Source: Burkholderiales bacterium (GTDB lineage Bacteria; Pseudomonadota; Gammaproteobacteria; Burkholderiales; SG8-39). Taken from it: a stretch of DNA of 45,811 nucleotides. How positions within the stretch are numbered: the stretch's first letter is position 1; every line of letters starts with the position of its first letter. Shown here piece after piece: positions 1 to 8,951 of the stretch. The DNA lies in contig DATFDV010000295.1 of assembly GCA_035251855.1 (NCBI GenBank), positions 1-45,811 of the forward strand. The letters run 5' to 3'. The notes below the pieces were generated by a model. That model did not search any database. It worked only from the letters and a program-made list of their open reading frames with translations, and was not told the origin of the DNA. A program made the position numbers and the translations under genes.

Positions 1-141
1 ATGATCGCCAGCGCTCGTCAACAGCGTGGTCGAAGTCTCGGCGTAGAGATCGGAGAGGGCGATCCGGCATTCATGCGACGGCGTGGTGTCCTGGTAGGAA
101 ACCCACGCTTTACCGTCGGCCATCAACATGGCCGATTCGAG
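1..141. repeat. Terminal direct repeat, identical to 45671-45811 (assembly overlap of a circular or circularly permuted molecule)
   Basis: Read directly. Both copies run atgatcgccagcgctcgtcaacagcg ... catcaacatggccgattcgag. Confidence 0.95.
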
Positions 142-894
142 GTTGTGCTGTTCGTACGGCCCCTGCCCGCTGCCTTCGTTCAATCGAGAATCCGCGCCGA
201 GCGAGAGGTGATCGACTGGCTCGAAACCGGACAGCGAGCCGTTCGCCACGACTTCGACCTGGATCGTACGCGGAATGGCATTGCCGAATTCCGTCAGCAG
301 CAAGTCGTTGAACTCGATCACCACGAGTCCCCGGTGCGCGGGCGCGTTGCCTGCGCCCACAACAGATTCTTCGAGCGCCGAGGGCACCTGCGTCTCGCCA
401 CCCAGCCGGATCGTGATTGCGGGGTCGGAGGCGAGCACCGAGGAGGCCGGGGAATCGTCGCCGGCGTCGCGCCACAGCTTGCCGTTCAGCCAAATCTTTC
501 TGACCCCGACCACGTTCTCGGTCTCGCACACGCCGATGCCGAAGCTCGCCGTGAAGTAGCGCGATACCTGCGTCTGTTCCTGCCCGCCGCCCTTGCCCAC
601 CTCCACCACGTTCACCACTTCATGCGTCACGATGTCGGTGGAGAAGATCACGTTGCCGCCGTAGGGCGCAGTGCCGAACGGGATCGGGATCATCGCGCCG
701 TAGGTCGAGACCGTGACCTTGGTCTCGGGGATCTGCGGCCCCAGGTCTACCGCAGGCAGATCGGGACGGAAGAGCATGCTCCCCAGGGTAGAGCCAGCGA
801 AATAGCCCCAGGTCGCAGCAGACACGCCCAGAAACGTGCCGCCGAGCGCGCCGCCCACCGCAGCGCCTGCAAGACCGAATGCCAGCACCGCCAC
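1..894 (-). CDS. Host-specificity / distal tail protein (RcGTA g15-like), N-terminal part; continues across the circular junction into 43136..45670 (about 1142 aa in total)
   Basis: Hand translation shows this minus frame open from 951 to base 1. It is missing from the ORF track because it has no stop in the window. GTG at 894-892 lies 6 nt after GGAGGA and next to the stop of the upstream gene. The N-terminus VAVLAFGLAGAAVGGALGG...GPQIPETKVTVSTYGAMIPIPFGTAPYGGNVIF matches the g15 family and reads without a stop into MLMADGKAW of ORF 43136..45799. Confidence 0.8.
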   Translation of the reverse strand, partial: MAVLAFGLAGAAVGGALGGTFLGVSAATWGYFAGSTLGSMLFRPDLPAVDLGPQIPETKVTVSTYGAMIPIPFGTAPYGGNVIFSTDIVTHEVVNVVEVGKGGGQEQTQVSRYFTASFGIGVCETENVVGVRKIWLNGKLWRDAGDDSPASSVLASDPAITIRLGGETQVPSALEESVVGAGNAPAHRGLVVIEFNDLLLTEFGNAIPRTIQVEVVANGSLSGFEPVDHLSLGADSRLNEGSGQGPYEQHNLESAMLMADGKAWVSYQDTTPSHECRIALSDLYAETSTTLLTSAGDH

Positions 895-896
895 CG

Positions 897-1328
897 TCAG
901 TCCTCCAGCCCGCGATAGCGGAAGCACCCCGACACCCGCGAGCGCCAGAACTCATCGAGCCGCGTCTCTACCACGCGCGCGATGTCCTTGCGGTTGAAGG
1001 CGTGCAGGAAAACGACCGGATCGATCCCGGTCACAATCCCCAGGTGCCGGCGGCGCACGTCGCTCCGAAACCACAGCAGGTCCGCCGGGCGCAGATCGCG
1101 GAAGGCGACGCAGTCGAGGTGCGTTTCGAGTTCGGTGCGCATGCGTGCTTCATCGGGCTGCGCGCCGTAGGGCGCAATCGCGATATCGGTGTAGAGGCCC
1201 AGGGCGCGCGGCACGCCCGCCACCACCCCCACGCAGTCGGTCGCCACCCCGCGCACGCCCTGCTGGTGCGCGAACGGCGTGCCGAGCCAGGCGCGGGCTT
1301 CGGCGACGAGTGCTGCGCGCGTGACCAT
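897..1328 (-). CDS. NlpC/P60-family cell-wall peptidase (RcGTA g14-like tail protein)
   Basis: 143 aa. WLGTPFAHQQ...GVATDCVGVV...H (Cys/His peptidase pattern). Position between the g13-like and g15-like genes. Confidence 0.75.
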   Translation of the reverse strand: MVTRAALVAEARAWLGTPFAHQQGVRGVATDCVGVVAGVPRALGLYTDIAIAPYGAQPDEARMRTELETHLDCVAFRDLRPADLLWFRSDVRRRHLGIVTGIDPVVFLHAFNRKDIARVVETRLDEFWRSRVSGCFRYRGLED

Positions 1329-2381
1329 CTAGAGCCCCCCGCTCAGCAGGTGCTGCGTGCCGGGCACGTGCGGCTCGCCGCGGAAGTTGTGGATGTTGTC
1401 GAAGCGCGTCACGCAGTCGAGATCGTGGCGGAAGCGGCAGCCAACCGTCATCGTGTAGTCGTCGCTCGCCGCGCAGGCGTAGGGCATGGGCTTTTGCAGC
1501 ACCATCGTCGTACCGGAAAGCGTCCAGGACTTGACCTGCTGCGACAGGCCGATATTGAGGCCAGAGATAAAGGTGATGGTGCCGCCGCCGAAAGTGTCGT
1601 CGGCTTCGGTGCGGGAGGTATCGACGAGCGTCATGCGATCGGCCGCGTCGGAAGTGAGCGAGCCTTCCACCGTCAACGCCTGGATCGCGGTCCACACCAC
1701 GGAGCCGTCGGCGGTCGTGTTGCCGATGACGGTGTCCCAGGAAGGCTCCGATCCGCCCGAGGTGCCGCCGGTCGTGCACTTGAAGTGCCGGTTGTTGTAG
1801 GCGCTGGGCTTCACTACCGAGCCCAGTCCCGCATCGCCCGCCGGACGCACGGTGTAGGCGGTGGTCGCGGCCCACGCCGGCGGGTCGAGGCGCACCTTGC
1901 AGCGCGCATCGCCCAGCTCCGCGCGACAGTCCGGGCTGAAGAGATCCCCGATCTGCTGCAGGAAGTGCTTGAGCAGCCCGTTCCACTCGGCGGTGAAGCC
2001 GGTGCGCCCGCGCTTCACGTCCCCCAGGTAGCCCTTGCCGAGCTTCTCAATCCCCTGCGTCACGTCGGCCCAGTTGACGCGGAAGACTTCGATCACGGCG
2101 CCGTTCCACAAGCCCGCCTCGAGGTCGGCTTCGGTGACGGCGACCGAATCGAACGCGCCGACCATCTCCATGTTGGGCACGCTGTAATCCGCCTTGAGCT
2201 GCTGGGCCCCGAACAGGAAGCCGGAGAGCGCCGCGTAGGTGACGCCCGAGACGACGAGATCGCGGTCGTGGTCGGTGAAGCCGTAGATGCCGCCGTCCGT
2301 GCGCGTAACCTTGGCGCACTTGGCGAGCGTCAGTTGCCGCGTGGCAAGGTGCGCGAGGTAGCCCGCGTCGACCGTCTTCAC
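1329..2381 (-). CDS. Tail hub protein, DUF2163/BR0599-like (RcGTA g13-like)
   Basis: 350 aa. N-terminus MKTVDAGYLAHLATRQLTLAKCAKVTRTDGGIYGFTDHDRDL and C-terminal CRFRHDLDCVTRFDNIHNFRGEPHVPG are typical of the family. Overlaps neighbours by 4 nt. Confidence 0.7.
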   Translation of the reverse strand: MKTVDAGYLAHLATRQLTLAKCAKVTRTDGGIYGFTDHDRDLVVSGVTYAALSGFLFGAQQLKADYSVPNMEMVGAFDSVAVTEADLEAGLWNGAVIEVFRVNWADVTQGIEKLGKGYLGDVKRGRTGFTAEWNGLLKHFLQQIGDLFSPDCRAELGDARCKVRLDPPAWAATTAYTVRPAGDAGLGSVVKPSAYNNRHFKCTTGGTSGGSEPSWDTVIGNTTADGSVVWTAIQALTVEGSLTSDAADRMTLVDTSRTEADDTFGGGTITFISGLNIGLSQQVKSWTLSGTTMVLQKPMPYACAASDDYTMTVGCRFRHDLDCVTRFDNIHNFRGEPHVPGTQHLLSGGL

Positions 2382-3304
2382 AGAATCTCTCTCGTCTCGC
2401 GCATGGGCAGGCTCTCGAACTGATAGAGCAGCCCGAGCGCCTTATTCTTGTTGACGATCTCCCAGCGAAAGGTCGAGATCAGGCACTGCACCGGCACGTC
2501 GAATTCCCCCGCCCAGGTGAGCGCGTCGGTCGCCTGCGGGTACTCGAACGCCGTGCCGCCGCTCGCCGTCAACCCGGCGGTCGAGGTCGCGAGCGTCCAG
2601 GTAAACGGCCCGGCGCCGGTCTTGTTGCTGATCGTGTGCGCGAGATTGTTGAGCGTTGCGGCCGCGGTGCCGGTGACGCCGGTCAAATACACCTTCTCGC
2701 CGATCGCGAGGCCGGCCATATCGGTCGCCGTCGTGAATACGTGCGTGGCGCCCGGCGTGTGGCCGGTGACGGACTCGCTGTCGTTGGCAACGAAGGTGAC
2801 GATGCCGGTAGAGGTCGCGAGCGCGCAGTTACCCGGCGCGCCGCCGAAGGTGACTGGCGAGGCGTTGCGGTAGATGGTGTTGGCGCCCGCGCGCGTGACG
2901 GGCTTCTGGATCGCACGATCCTTGGTCTGCCCCGAGGCGGTGTAGCGCTTGGCGAGCTGGTAGGTCGGCGTGCCGTTGCCCACGGCGGCCGCGACGAAAG
3001 TGCCGCTCTGGCCGGTCGCACCCAGGCGCCCGTTCGCTTGCGTTACCAGATAATCGGTGAGATCGGGATAGCGGAACCGGTTCTTGCGGCCCTGGGCGAC
3101 CGCGTAGAGAAAATCACGCACCGACTCGAACTGCGCCTGGCTGAGCGTCGCGTGCGCGAGATCGTAGGGCCGCAGCGCCTCCGACCAGACTGAATTCTGC
3201 ACCACCGCCCCGGAATCCACCTCCACCACCGAGTCGCTGAACTGGAGCGCGCCGCTCGTGCCGAAGGCGACCAACCGCGGGAACTGCGATTCGATGAACG
3301 CCAT
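2378..3304 (-). CDS. Distal tail protein, DUF2460-like (RcGTA g12-like)
   Basis: 308 aa. MAFIESQFPRLVAFGTSGALQFSDSVVEVDSG start typical of the family. Directly follows the tape measure gene. Confidence 0.65.
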   Translation of the reverse strand: MAFIESQFPRLVAFGTSGALQFSDSVVEVDSGAVVQNSVWSEALRPYDLAHATLSQAQFESVRDFLYAVAQGRKNRFRYPDLTDYLVTQANGRLGATGQSGTFVAAAVGNGTPTYQLAKRYTASGQTKDRAIQKPVTRAGANTIYRNASPVTFGGAPGNCALATSTGIVTFVANDSESVTGHTPGATHVFTTATDMAGLAIGEKVYLTGVTGTAAATLNNLAHTISNKTGAGPFTWTLATSTAGLTASGGTAFEYPQATDALTWAGEFDVPVQCLISTFRWEIVNKNKALGLLYQFESLPMRETREIL

Positions 3305-5313
3305 CAGCCGATCCGCTGCGCTCGGCGCACGGCCGACATGAGGCGGCCCGCGATCTGGCTCTCCGAGGCGCGGAAGCCGTTTACATCCTGCACGCCGTAG
3401 ACGTTGACGGAAATGTGATAGGTGCCGCTCATGGCACCTTTGTTCTGCACAGCCGTCATGATGCGCTCGCCTGGATGCACCTTGACGAGCATCTCGCGCG
3501 GCACGTACGGCATGCCGACCGCAGCACTCGCCCCAGCAGACGCAGTGAATCCAGAGAACGGCGACGGCGTCGAAGGAACAAGAAACTTGACGAGTCCACC
3601 CAGCCAGCCGCCAACCTCGCCCGTCTTGTCGAAATCGCCGAAGAGCTTTTTGCCGAGCTGCGCGGCGAGCACGTCCGCGACCATGCGGTCGATCGTGGCT
3701 TTAAAGCGGGTCCCCATATCGTCGAACTTTGCCTGCATGATGTCGAAGAAGCCGTCCGACATGGCGCCCTGCATCGAGCGCGCCGCCTGCTTCATGAATT
3801 CGCCCAGCTCGCCGGCGGTCTTCTCGCCTTTCGTCGAGAGCTTGTCGAAGTCGTCGTGCGCCCGCTGCACCGCGCGTGAATAGGTATCGAGGTCGATCGC
3901 ATTGGCGGCAAGCAACTGGCCAAAGCGGTCGATCGTGGTGCCCAGGCGCTCGATGGGCGTGCGCGTCTCCTCGAACACGCGCTGCCCTTCGTCCATGATC
4001 TGCTGCAGCTCCCGGGCGGCCTGGGCGCCGGCCTTGGTGGTGTCGCCGTAACTCTCCACGGTGCCGGTCAGCTTCCGCATCGCCCCCTCGTAGACCTCGG
4101 CCTCAAGGCGTGAATCGAAGAACAGGCTGTCCAGCACCTCGATCTGCTTGGCGAGCTCGCGTGCCTTGATGACATCGCTGCCCTGGATTGCGTTTGCGAC
4201 GGCCTGGCGCATCCGGGTCTCGTAGTCTTCGAAGCGGCCCGCCGACTCCTGGAGCTTGCGCCCGGTTTCTTCGACCGTGCGCTGGTAGTTGAGGAGCGGC
4301 TTGGCGGCGCCTTCCAGCCCGAACCGCTGGCGTTCGCCGGCGGTATCGGTGCCGCTGAGAGCCAGCGCCTCTTGTCTCTGGAGCGTGCGATAAAACTCCA
4401 GCCGACGTTTGAGCTGCTCGATATCCGCGTCCGAGCTGCCCGGCAGAACGCCGGTTGTGTTGAGAAACTTCTTGCGGTGCTCGACCGCCTTGTCCAATTC
4501 GGCGCTGATGTCACGAATCCGATCGGCCACGCCTTCGAAGGTGAGGCTGAAGCGCAGGCGCTCGAACACGTCCAGCTTGACGCGGTTCGCCTCGTTGGCG
4601 GCTTGCGCCAGTTTCAACAGCCCCGGCACGGCATCCAGGGCCAGTGCTTGTCCGAAATTCCGGGTCTCGTTCGCGAGCCTGGCGAAGGATTTCTGCAGCT
4701 CTTCGGCCTTCGCCGCCTGTTCTGCGGTGATACGGGTGGATATGCCCTGCTCGTTCGCCAGGTCTTTCAGGAACGGCAGCGCCTGCGCGCCGCTCTTGCC
4801 CAGGAGATCGAGCGCGAGCGCGGTTTTCCCCGCGCCATCGCCGTATTGATTGAGGCGCTCCGCGACGATCCGCAGCGCATCCGCGGGATCTTTGCGGCGC
4901 AACTCCTCCGCGTTGAGCCCGAGTGCGGCGAGCGCTTTCCCTGCGCCCTTGGCCTCGTCGTCGTTCGCGTGCAGCGCCTTCGAGAGCCGGATGAGCGTCG
5001 TCTCCGCGACTTCCATCTGGTGGCCGCCTATGCGCACCACCTGCTCGAGCCGGGAGAGCGCTTCGACCGAGGCGCCGGTCTTCTCCGACAGATCGTCGAG
5101 CTTTGCCGCCGCATCGACCAGATCCTTGAAGGCGGCGATCGCCCCCCCGAGGGAGGCGACCGAACCGAGCCCCGCCAGCGCGCCGCCCACGCGCGAGAAC
5201 GCGCGCTCCATCCGCTGGGCGTTGCGCTCCGCGATATGCGCGACCTTGCCGAGGTCGGTCTCGAAGCGCGCCAGGCGCGCGTTCAGATCGATGGTGAGGG
5301 AGGCGAATGCCAT
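3304..5313 (-). CDS. Tail tape measure protein
   Basis: 669 aa, alanine- and helix-rich. Located after the G/GT chaperone pair and before the distal tail genes. Confidence 0.85.
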   Translation of the reverse strand: MAFASLTIDLNARLARFETDLGKVAHIAERNAQRMERAFSRVGGALAGLGSVASLGGAIAAFKDLVDAAAKLDDLSEKTGASVEALSRLEQVVRIGGHQMEVAETTLIRLSKALHANDDEAKGAGKALAALGLNAEELRRKDPADALRIVAERLNQYGDGAGKTALALDLLGKSGAQALPFLKDLANEQGISTRITAEQAAKAEELQKSFARLANETRNFGQALALDAVPGLLKLAQAANEANRVKLDVFERLRFSLTFEGVADRIRDISAELDKAVEHRKKFLNTTGVLPGSSDADIEQLKRRLEFYRTLQRQEALALSGTDTAGERQRFGLEGAAKPLLNYQRTVEETGRKLQESAGRFEDYETRMRQAVANAIQGSDVIKARELAKQIEVLDSLFFDSRLEAEVYEGAMRKLTGTVESYGDTTKAGAQAARELQQIMDEGQRVFEETRTPIERLGTTIDRFGQLLAANAIDLDTYSRAVQRAHDDFDKLSTKGEKTAGELGEFMKQAARSMQGAMSDGFFDIMQAKFDDMGTRFKATIDRMVADVLAAQLGKKLFGDFDKTGEVGGWLGGLVKFLVPSTPSPFSGFTASAGASAAVGMPYVPREMLVKVHPGERIMTAVQNKGAMSGTYHISVNVYGVQDVNGFRASESQIAGRLMSAVRRAQRIG

Positions 5314-5334
5314 GATCGTTGTCTATTGCGTCGC

Positions 5335-5918
5335 TTATTGCAGCGGTTTGTCCCGGTTGCGGAGGTGCTCGCGGATCGCGGCGAGCCGCTCGGCGAGACC
5401 CAGCGGATCGTCCGCGTCGAGCAGCAGGCACACCGTCGGAAAGGCGGCCCAGTCGAGCCCGCCCATCAGATTCCAGGCGCGCACGGCGATCTGATTGGCG
5501 CCGGCCAGCACCGGCAATTGCGCCCCCTCGAGCCGCTCGCCGTCGCAGGCGTCGAGGAAGCCGGTCAGTTTTTTATGTCTTCGCCCTGCTCGGCGGCGTG
5601 CGCTTGAATCGCGGCATGGAGCGCTTCCGAGATCGGCTGCCAGTGCTCGGGCCGATCGGCGATCCACTCCGCGTAGAGCGTGGCGTCGAACGCGACCGGT
5701 TCCGAACCGCCGGAAGTGACGATGTCGGCTTCGGTGACGCCCTCCCAGCCCACGACGTGCTTCTGGATCACGTCGAGCCCGATCTCGACCGTGCTGCCGC
5801 GGCGCATGCGGATCAGCTCCATTTCGTTCGGCCGCCGCAGCTTGAAGCGCAGGCGCCCGGAGTCGGCCCAGCTCTCGCGCGCGGCGACCAGCCTTTTCAG
5901 CAGCTCACCTGGTTCCAT
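5335..5918 (-). CDS. Tail assembly chaperone, long -1 frameshift product (gpGT-like): frame of 5565..5918 shifts at 5568-5574 into the frame ending at 5335
   Basis: ORF 5335..5667 contains ...KKLTGFLDACDGERLEG, which starts exactly at the slippery site of the upstream ORF. Position is between the tail tube and tape measure genes. Confidence 0.7.
5565..5918 (-). CDS. Tail assembly chaperone (gpG-like, short product)
   Basis: 117 aa, acidic, ends ...EQGEDIKN*. Position is immediately after the major tail gene. Confidence 0.75.
   Translation of the reverse strand: MEPGELLKRLVAARESWADSGRLRFKLRRPNEMELIRMRRGSTVEIGLDVIQKHVVGWEGVTEADIVTSGGSEPVAFDATLYAEWIADRPEHWQPISEALHAAIQAHAAEQGEDIKN
5568..5574 (-). 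promoter_or_regulatory. Programmed -1 ribosomal frameshift heptamer A_AAA_AAC
   Basis: Minus strand reads GAC ATA AAA AAC TGA. The -1 frame reads CAT AAA AAA CTG ACC and stays open for about 78 more codons. Confidence 0.7.
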
Positions 5919-5934
5919 TGCTTTCCCTCAGCGG

Positions 5935-6585
5935 TTACGCGTACGCCATCCGGCGCTTGATCTGCACGATCGAGAAGCCCTGCGTCACGAGGTCCGCTAG
6001 CGGGATGTTCTCGGAGGGCAGCGACACGTAGCCGCGGAAGACGCGCGTCGAGTTGTCCGACATCGTGGCGCGGAAGCCGAGCGCCGTGCCAGAGCGCGAG
6101 GACGACTCGATCTTGATCATGCCGCTCGCGAAGACGTCCGAGAGCGCCTCGACCGCGACTTCCGGCGTCTCGTTCTGGCCGAGCACGAACGACTTGTCGG
6201 AGTCGATCAGCACGGTTGAGTCGAGCTTGTTGGGCGCGACGGTGCCGGCGTTGAGGCTGCGCGCCTTGCCGAGCGTGGACCAGGCGGTGATTTCCTTGGC
6301 GACGCTGCCGCCGCCGGAGGTGAAGGTGCCGAAGCCCGTGGTGTCGATGCCCTTGATCGACACGCTCACGCCCGAGACGCCGGTCGCCTTGGCGATCTGG
6401 CCCTCCAGCTCCACCATGCCGGTGATGCTCTCCAGCACGAAGATGTCGCCGTTCGCGATGCCGTGCGCCGAGGTGGCGAAGGTGATGACGCCCGGGTTCG
6501 CCTTGGAAATGGCGGTTATGCTCTTGCCCGAGGCGAGGGTTTTCTCGACTTCGACCCGGGTGTTGCGACCGATGAGTGTTGCCAT
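5935..6585 (-). CDS. Major tail (tube) protein
   Basis: 216 aa, beta-rich and Gly/Ser/Thr-rich. Canonical position upstream of the chaperones. Confidence 0.75.
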   Translation of the reverse strand: MATLIGRNTRVEVEKTLASGKSITAISKANPGVITFATSAHGIANGDIFVLESITGMVELEGQIAKATGVSGVSVSIKGIDTTGFGTFTSGGGSVAKEITAWSTLGKARSLNAGTVAPNKLDSTVLIDSDKSFVLGQNETPEVAVEALSDVFASGMIKIESSSRSGTALGFRATMSDNSTRVFRGYVSLPSENIPLADLVTQGFSIVQIKRRMAYA

Positions 6586-6613
6586 GGTAGTGGCCTCCTT
6601 TCAAGAAGACGTG

Positions 6614-6982
6614 TCAGAGTTCCCAGACTTCGAACAGCACGACCGCGGCGTAGCTCTGCGTCTCGGCATCGAAGCTGCCGTCGCGCGCGAGCGATACATA
6701 TCCGGCAGTCGCCATCGCAGTCACGCAGGCATCCGCCAACTGCTCCGCGGCCACCCTTGTGGCGGCCCAGCTCGTCACGTGGATCTGCACCTTGTTGCCG
6801 GCGAGCGTGTTGTCCAGCGTGTATTCCGGATCGGAGTCGCCGCGCTCGAAGACGATCAACGGCGGCGCCGCTTCCTGTGCGGCCTCGTCCGGGTAGATCT
6901 TCGCGGAAGCACCCGCGCCCACGATCGCCGTCACGGCGGCGGCCCCCACGAGCGCGTTATAGGTCAGCGTCTCGGCGCTCAT
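6614..6982 (-). CDS. DUF3168-like tail terminator/completion protein
   Basis: 122 aa. Position and general pattern (...IYPDEAAQEAAPPLIVFE...VQIHVTSWA...). Confidence 0.55.
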   Translation of the reverse strand: MSAETLTYNALVGAAAVTAIVGAGASAKIYPDEAAQEAAPPLIVFERGDSDPEYTLDNTLAGNKVQIHVTSWAATRVAAEQLADACVTAMATAGYVSLARDGSFDAETQSYAAVVLFEVWEL

Positions 6983-7548
6983 GGCTTACGCTGGTTCGCC
7001 TGGTCGATCCGAGTTTTGATCCGCGCCTGGAACACCGACAGCGCCTCGCCCTTGCCGCCCTCGAAGCCGTCGCGCATGAAGCGCAGGCCCGGGATCCGGC
7101 GCGCACTACCGCCCTTCACGCGCGCCTCGAGCCGCCCGGGCCGGGTGAAGCGCCCGCCGCCGACCCTGCGCCGGCCGACCGCGGTGAAGCCGAACTCCTG
7201 CCAAAACCAGTAGAACGGGTCGTTCGGGTTTTTAGCCCCCCGCCCGCCCGATGCCCGCAGCTTGGCCTTGCTCGCCCGCACCGCGACGAACACCCCCAGC
7301 GTGCCGTCGCGCCCGTTGTAGCGCTTGCTGGAAAAGACCTTGATGCTGCGCTTCAAGAGCCCCGGCGTGCGGTAGCGCGAGGGCGTCTTCAGTACCGGCG
7401 CCCGCTGCTTCGCCCGATTCACGATCGGCCGCGCGGCATCGCGCAGGGCGCCTCGCACCACGCGCTTGCGCATATCCTGCTTGAGCGCTTCCACCGCGAG
7501 CTTGAGGTCGGCCAGCCCCTCGATCCGCGTCGTGATGCCGTCGCTCAT
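6979..7548 (-). CDS. HK97 gp10-family head-tail protein
   Basis: Start trimmed to ATG 7548, which forms an ATGA overlap with the upstream stop. 189 aa; MSDGITTRIEGLADLKLAVEAL...RVVRGALRDAARPIVNRAKQRAPV resembles the gp10 family. Confidence 0.65.
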   Translation of the reverse strand: MSDGITTRIEGLADLKLAVEALKQDMRKRVVRGALRDAARPIVNRAKQRAPVLKTPSRYRTPGLLKRSIKVFSSKRYNGRDGTLGVFVAVRASKAKLRASGGRGAKNPNDPFYWFWQEFGFTAVGRRRVGGGRFTRPGRLEARVKGGSARRIPGLRFMRDGFEGGKGEALSVFQARIKTRIDQANQRKP

Positions 7549-7874
7549 GCCTCGATCACCCCTTCCGAGCAGTTGAGCGTCAACTCCACGTTTTCCAGGC
7601 GCCGGTCGATCGGCGGACCGATGATCGGGAAAATCCGCGTGCCGTACTTGACCCGCCACTCGGCCGCCACGTCCGCGCGGTGCCGGATGCGGATGCGCAC
7701 GGTCAGCTCCGGATGGATCTGCTGCGCCGCGAACAGCTCGCGCGCGGCAAGCGGCTCGATCGCGGCCCATACCTCCGCCTGGTCGGCCCAGGTGACGACT
7801 TCGCCCCCCATGGCGTCGCGCGTGACGCTCTTTTTCTGCAGCGTCACGAGCTTGTTCAGCTCCGAGGAGCGCAT
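7545..7874 (-). CDS. Head-tail joining (head closure) protein
   Basis: Start trimmed to ATG 7874 (ATGA overlap). 109 aa; MRSSELNKLVTLQKKSVTRDAMGGEVVTWADQAEVWAAIEPLAARE is typical of the family. Confidence 0.7.
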   Translation of the reverse strand: MRSSELNKLVTLQKKSVTRDAMGGEVVTWADQAEVWAAIEPLAARELFAAQQIHPELTVRIRIRHRADVAAEWRVKYGTRIFPIIGPPIDRRLENVELTLNCSEGVIEA

Positions 7875-8431
7875 CAGAAGCGATACAGGCAATAGGCGCG
7901 CATCAGGTTCTCCGCCGCCTGGATCAGCGTCGCCATCTGTTTTTCGTCGCGGTTGTGGTGCGCCTCGATGTGCAGCAGGCACGCATTCCTGATCTTCTCC
8001 GGCACCGCGGCGTGCAGCCCGTAGCCCGCGACGAAGCGGATCGTGACCGCGTTCATCTGGCTGCGGATCGAGGGCCAGGTCTTGCCGTAGGCTGGCGTCA
8101 CGCGCCCGGGCGAGGATTTCACGTCCACCAGATATTCGGACGAGGCGAGCGTCTGCTCCACGCCTTCGGTGTCCACGTACTTGATCGACGTGATCGAGGC
8201 GAGCGGCGGATAGGGGATCGCGATGCCCCAGCACGGAAAGGCGTCGAGAAAGTAGTCCCAGGTCTGCGTCACGAGCCGCCGGCCGGTGAAATCCTCCGCG
8301 TGCGCCGTCGCCGCGACGATGAGCGACTGAATCAACGCATCGAGCGCGGTCTCCGTTTCGCGCAGGTGCAGCTTCGCCTCCGCGAGGGTGACCGGCTCCT
8401 CGGCGGGCGCGGTGACGAGCTTGAGTGCCAT
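7874..8431 (-). CDS. gp6-like head-tail connector (adaptor) protein
   Basis: 185 aa. ...VTLAEAKLHLRETETALDALIQSLIVAATAHAEDFTGRRLVTQTW resembles the Phage_connect_1 family. Confidence 0.7.
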   Translation of the reverse strand: MALKLVTAPAEEPVTLAEAKLHLRETETALDALIQSLIVAATAHAEDFTGRRLVTQTWDYFLDAFPCWGIAIPYPPLASITSIKYVDTEGVEQTLASSEYLVDVKSSPGRVTPAYGKTWPSIRSQMNAVTIRFVAGYGLHAAVPEKIRNACLLHIEAHHNRDEKQMATLIQAAENLMRAYCLYRF

Positions 8432-8655
8432 CAGCCCTCCCCCGGCTCGCGTTCGTGCAGTTCGTATTCCTTGAGCACGGCGACCAACTGCCCAAGCTCG
8501 TCGACGCTCGGCGGCTGCGGGATGATCTCGGCTTTCACCAGCACCAATTCATTTATCTTGATCCGCAACTCAAACGCCCGGACGTTCGGCGGCAAGCCGA
8601 GCGCTTTCACCAGAGCCCGGACAAATTCGCAGTTCGCGCTCATTGCACCCATCAC
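8431..8655 (-). CDS. Hypothetical protein
   Basis: 74 aa. Translationally coupled on both sides. Confidence 0.5.
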   Translation of the reverse strand: MMGAMSANCEFVRALVKALGLPPNVRAFELRIKINELVLVKAEIIPQPPSVDELGQLVAVLKEYELHEREPGEG

Positions 8656-8948
8656 ATCGCCTTCGGACTCACCATGAACTCACCGTCCTCGACCGCCTGC
8701 ACCGCCCCGGTGCCGATGAAGCGGTAGTGCCACCAGCCGGCCTCGGTCACGCTGAGGTCGACGTGATAGTTGCCGGTCGAATCCTTGACCAGCGCCGCGT
8801 CGGTGAGATAGACGAGCGTCGTGGTCGTGCCCGAGGGCTTGGTGTACTTGAACGACACCGCCGTCGGATCGGTGGCGGTGCCGGCGTCGTTCTTGAATAC
8901 CGCCGTCACCCGCCGCAGATCGCCCACCTGGCACACGCCGATCGTCAT
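8652..8948 (-). CDS. Hypothetical beta-rich (Ig-like?) virion-module protein
   Basis: 98 aa. ...VTAVFKNDAGTATDPTAVSFKYTKPSGTTTTLVY...GNYHVDLSVTEAGWWHYRF. Confidence 0.55.
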   Translation of the reverse strand: MTIGVCQVGDLRRVTAVFKNDAGTATDPTAVSFKYTKPSGTTTTLVYLTDAALVKDSTGNYHVDLSVTEAGWWHYRFIGTGAVQAVEDGEFMVSPKAM

Positions 8949-8951
8949 CGT

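Noticed and set aside
1-141. 141-bp terminal repeats as attL/attR or phage direct terminal repeats
   Set aside because: The repeat lies inside a continuous coding frame of a tail gene, which fits an assembler overlap on a circular molecule. Physical termini cannot be inferred from the sequence alone.
1-918. 305-aa plus-strand ORF at the start of the window
   Set aside because: It is antisense to the N-terminal part of the g15-like tail gene, whose minus frame is open, family-like and continuous across the circular junction. Its Arg/Gly/His-rich composition is typical of shadow ORFs in high-GC DNA.
879-2423. Long plus-strand ORFs across the structural region (879..2423, 4372..5607, 6053..7213, 6463..7992, 13126..14508, 15355..16434, 18204..19550 and similar)
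   Set aside because: All are antisense to minus-strand genes with clear phage-family similarity and tight translational coupling. The products are Arg/Ala/Gly/Pro-rich and low in complexity, which marks them as high-GC shadow frames.
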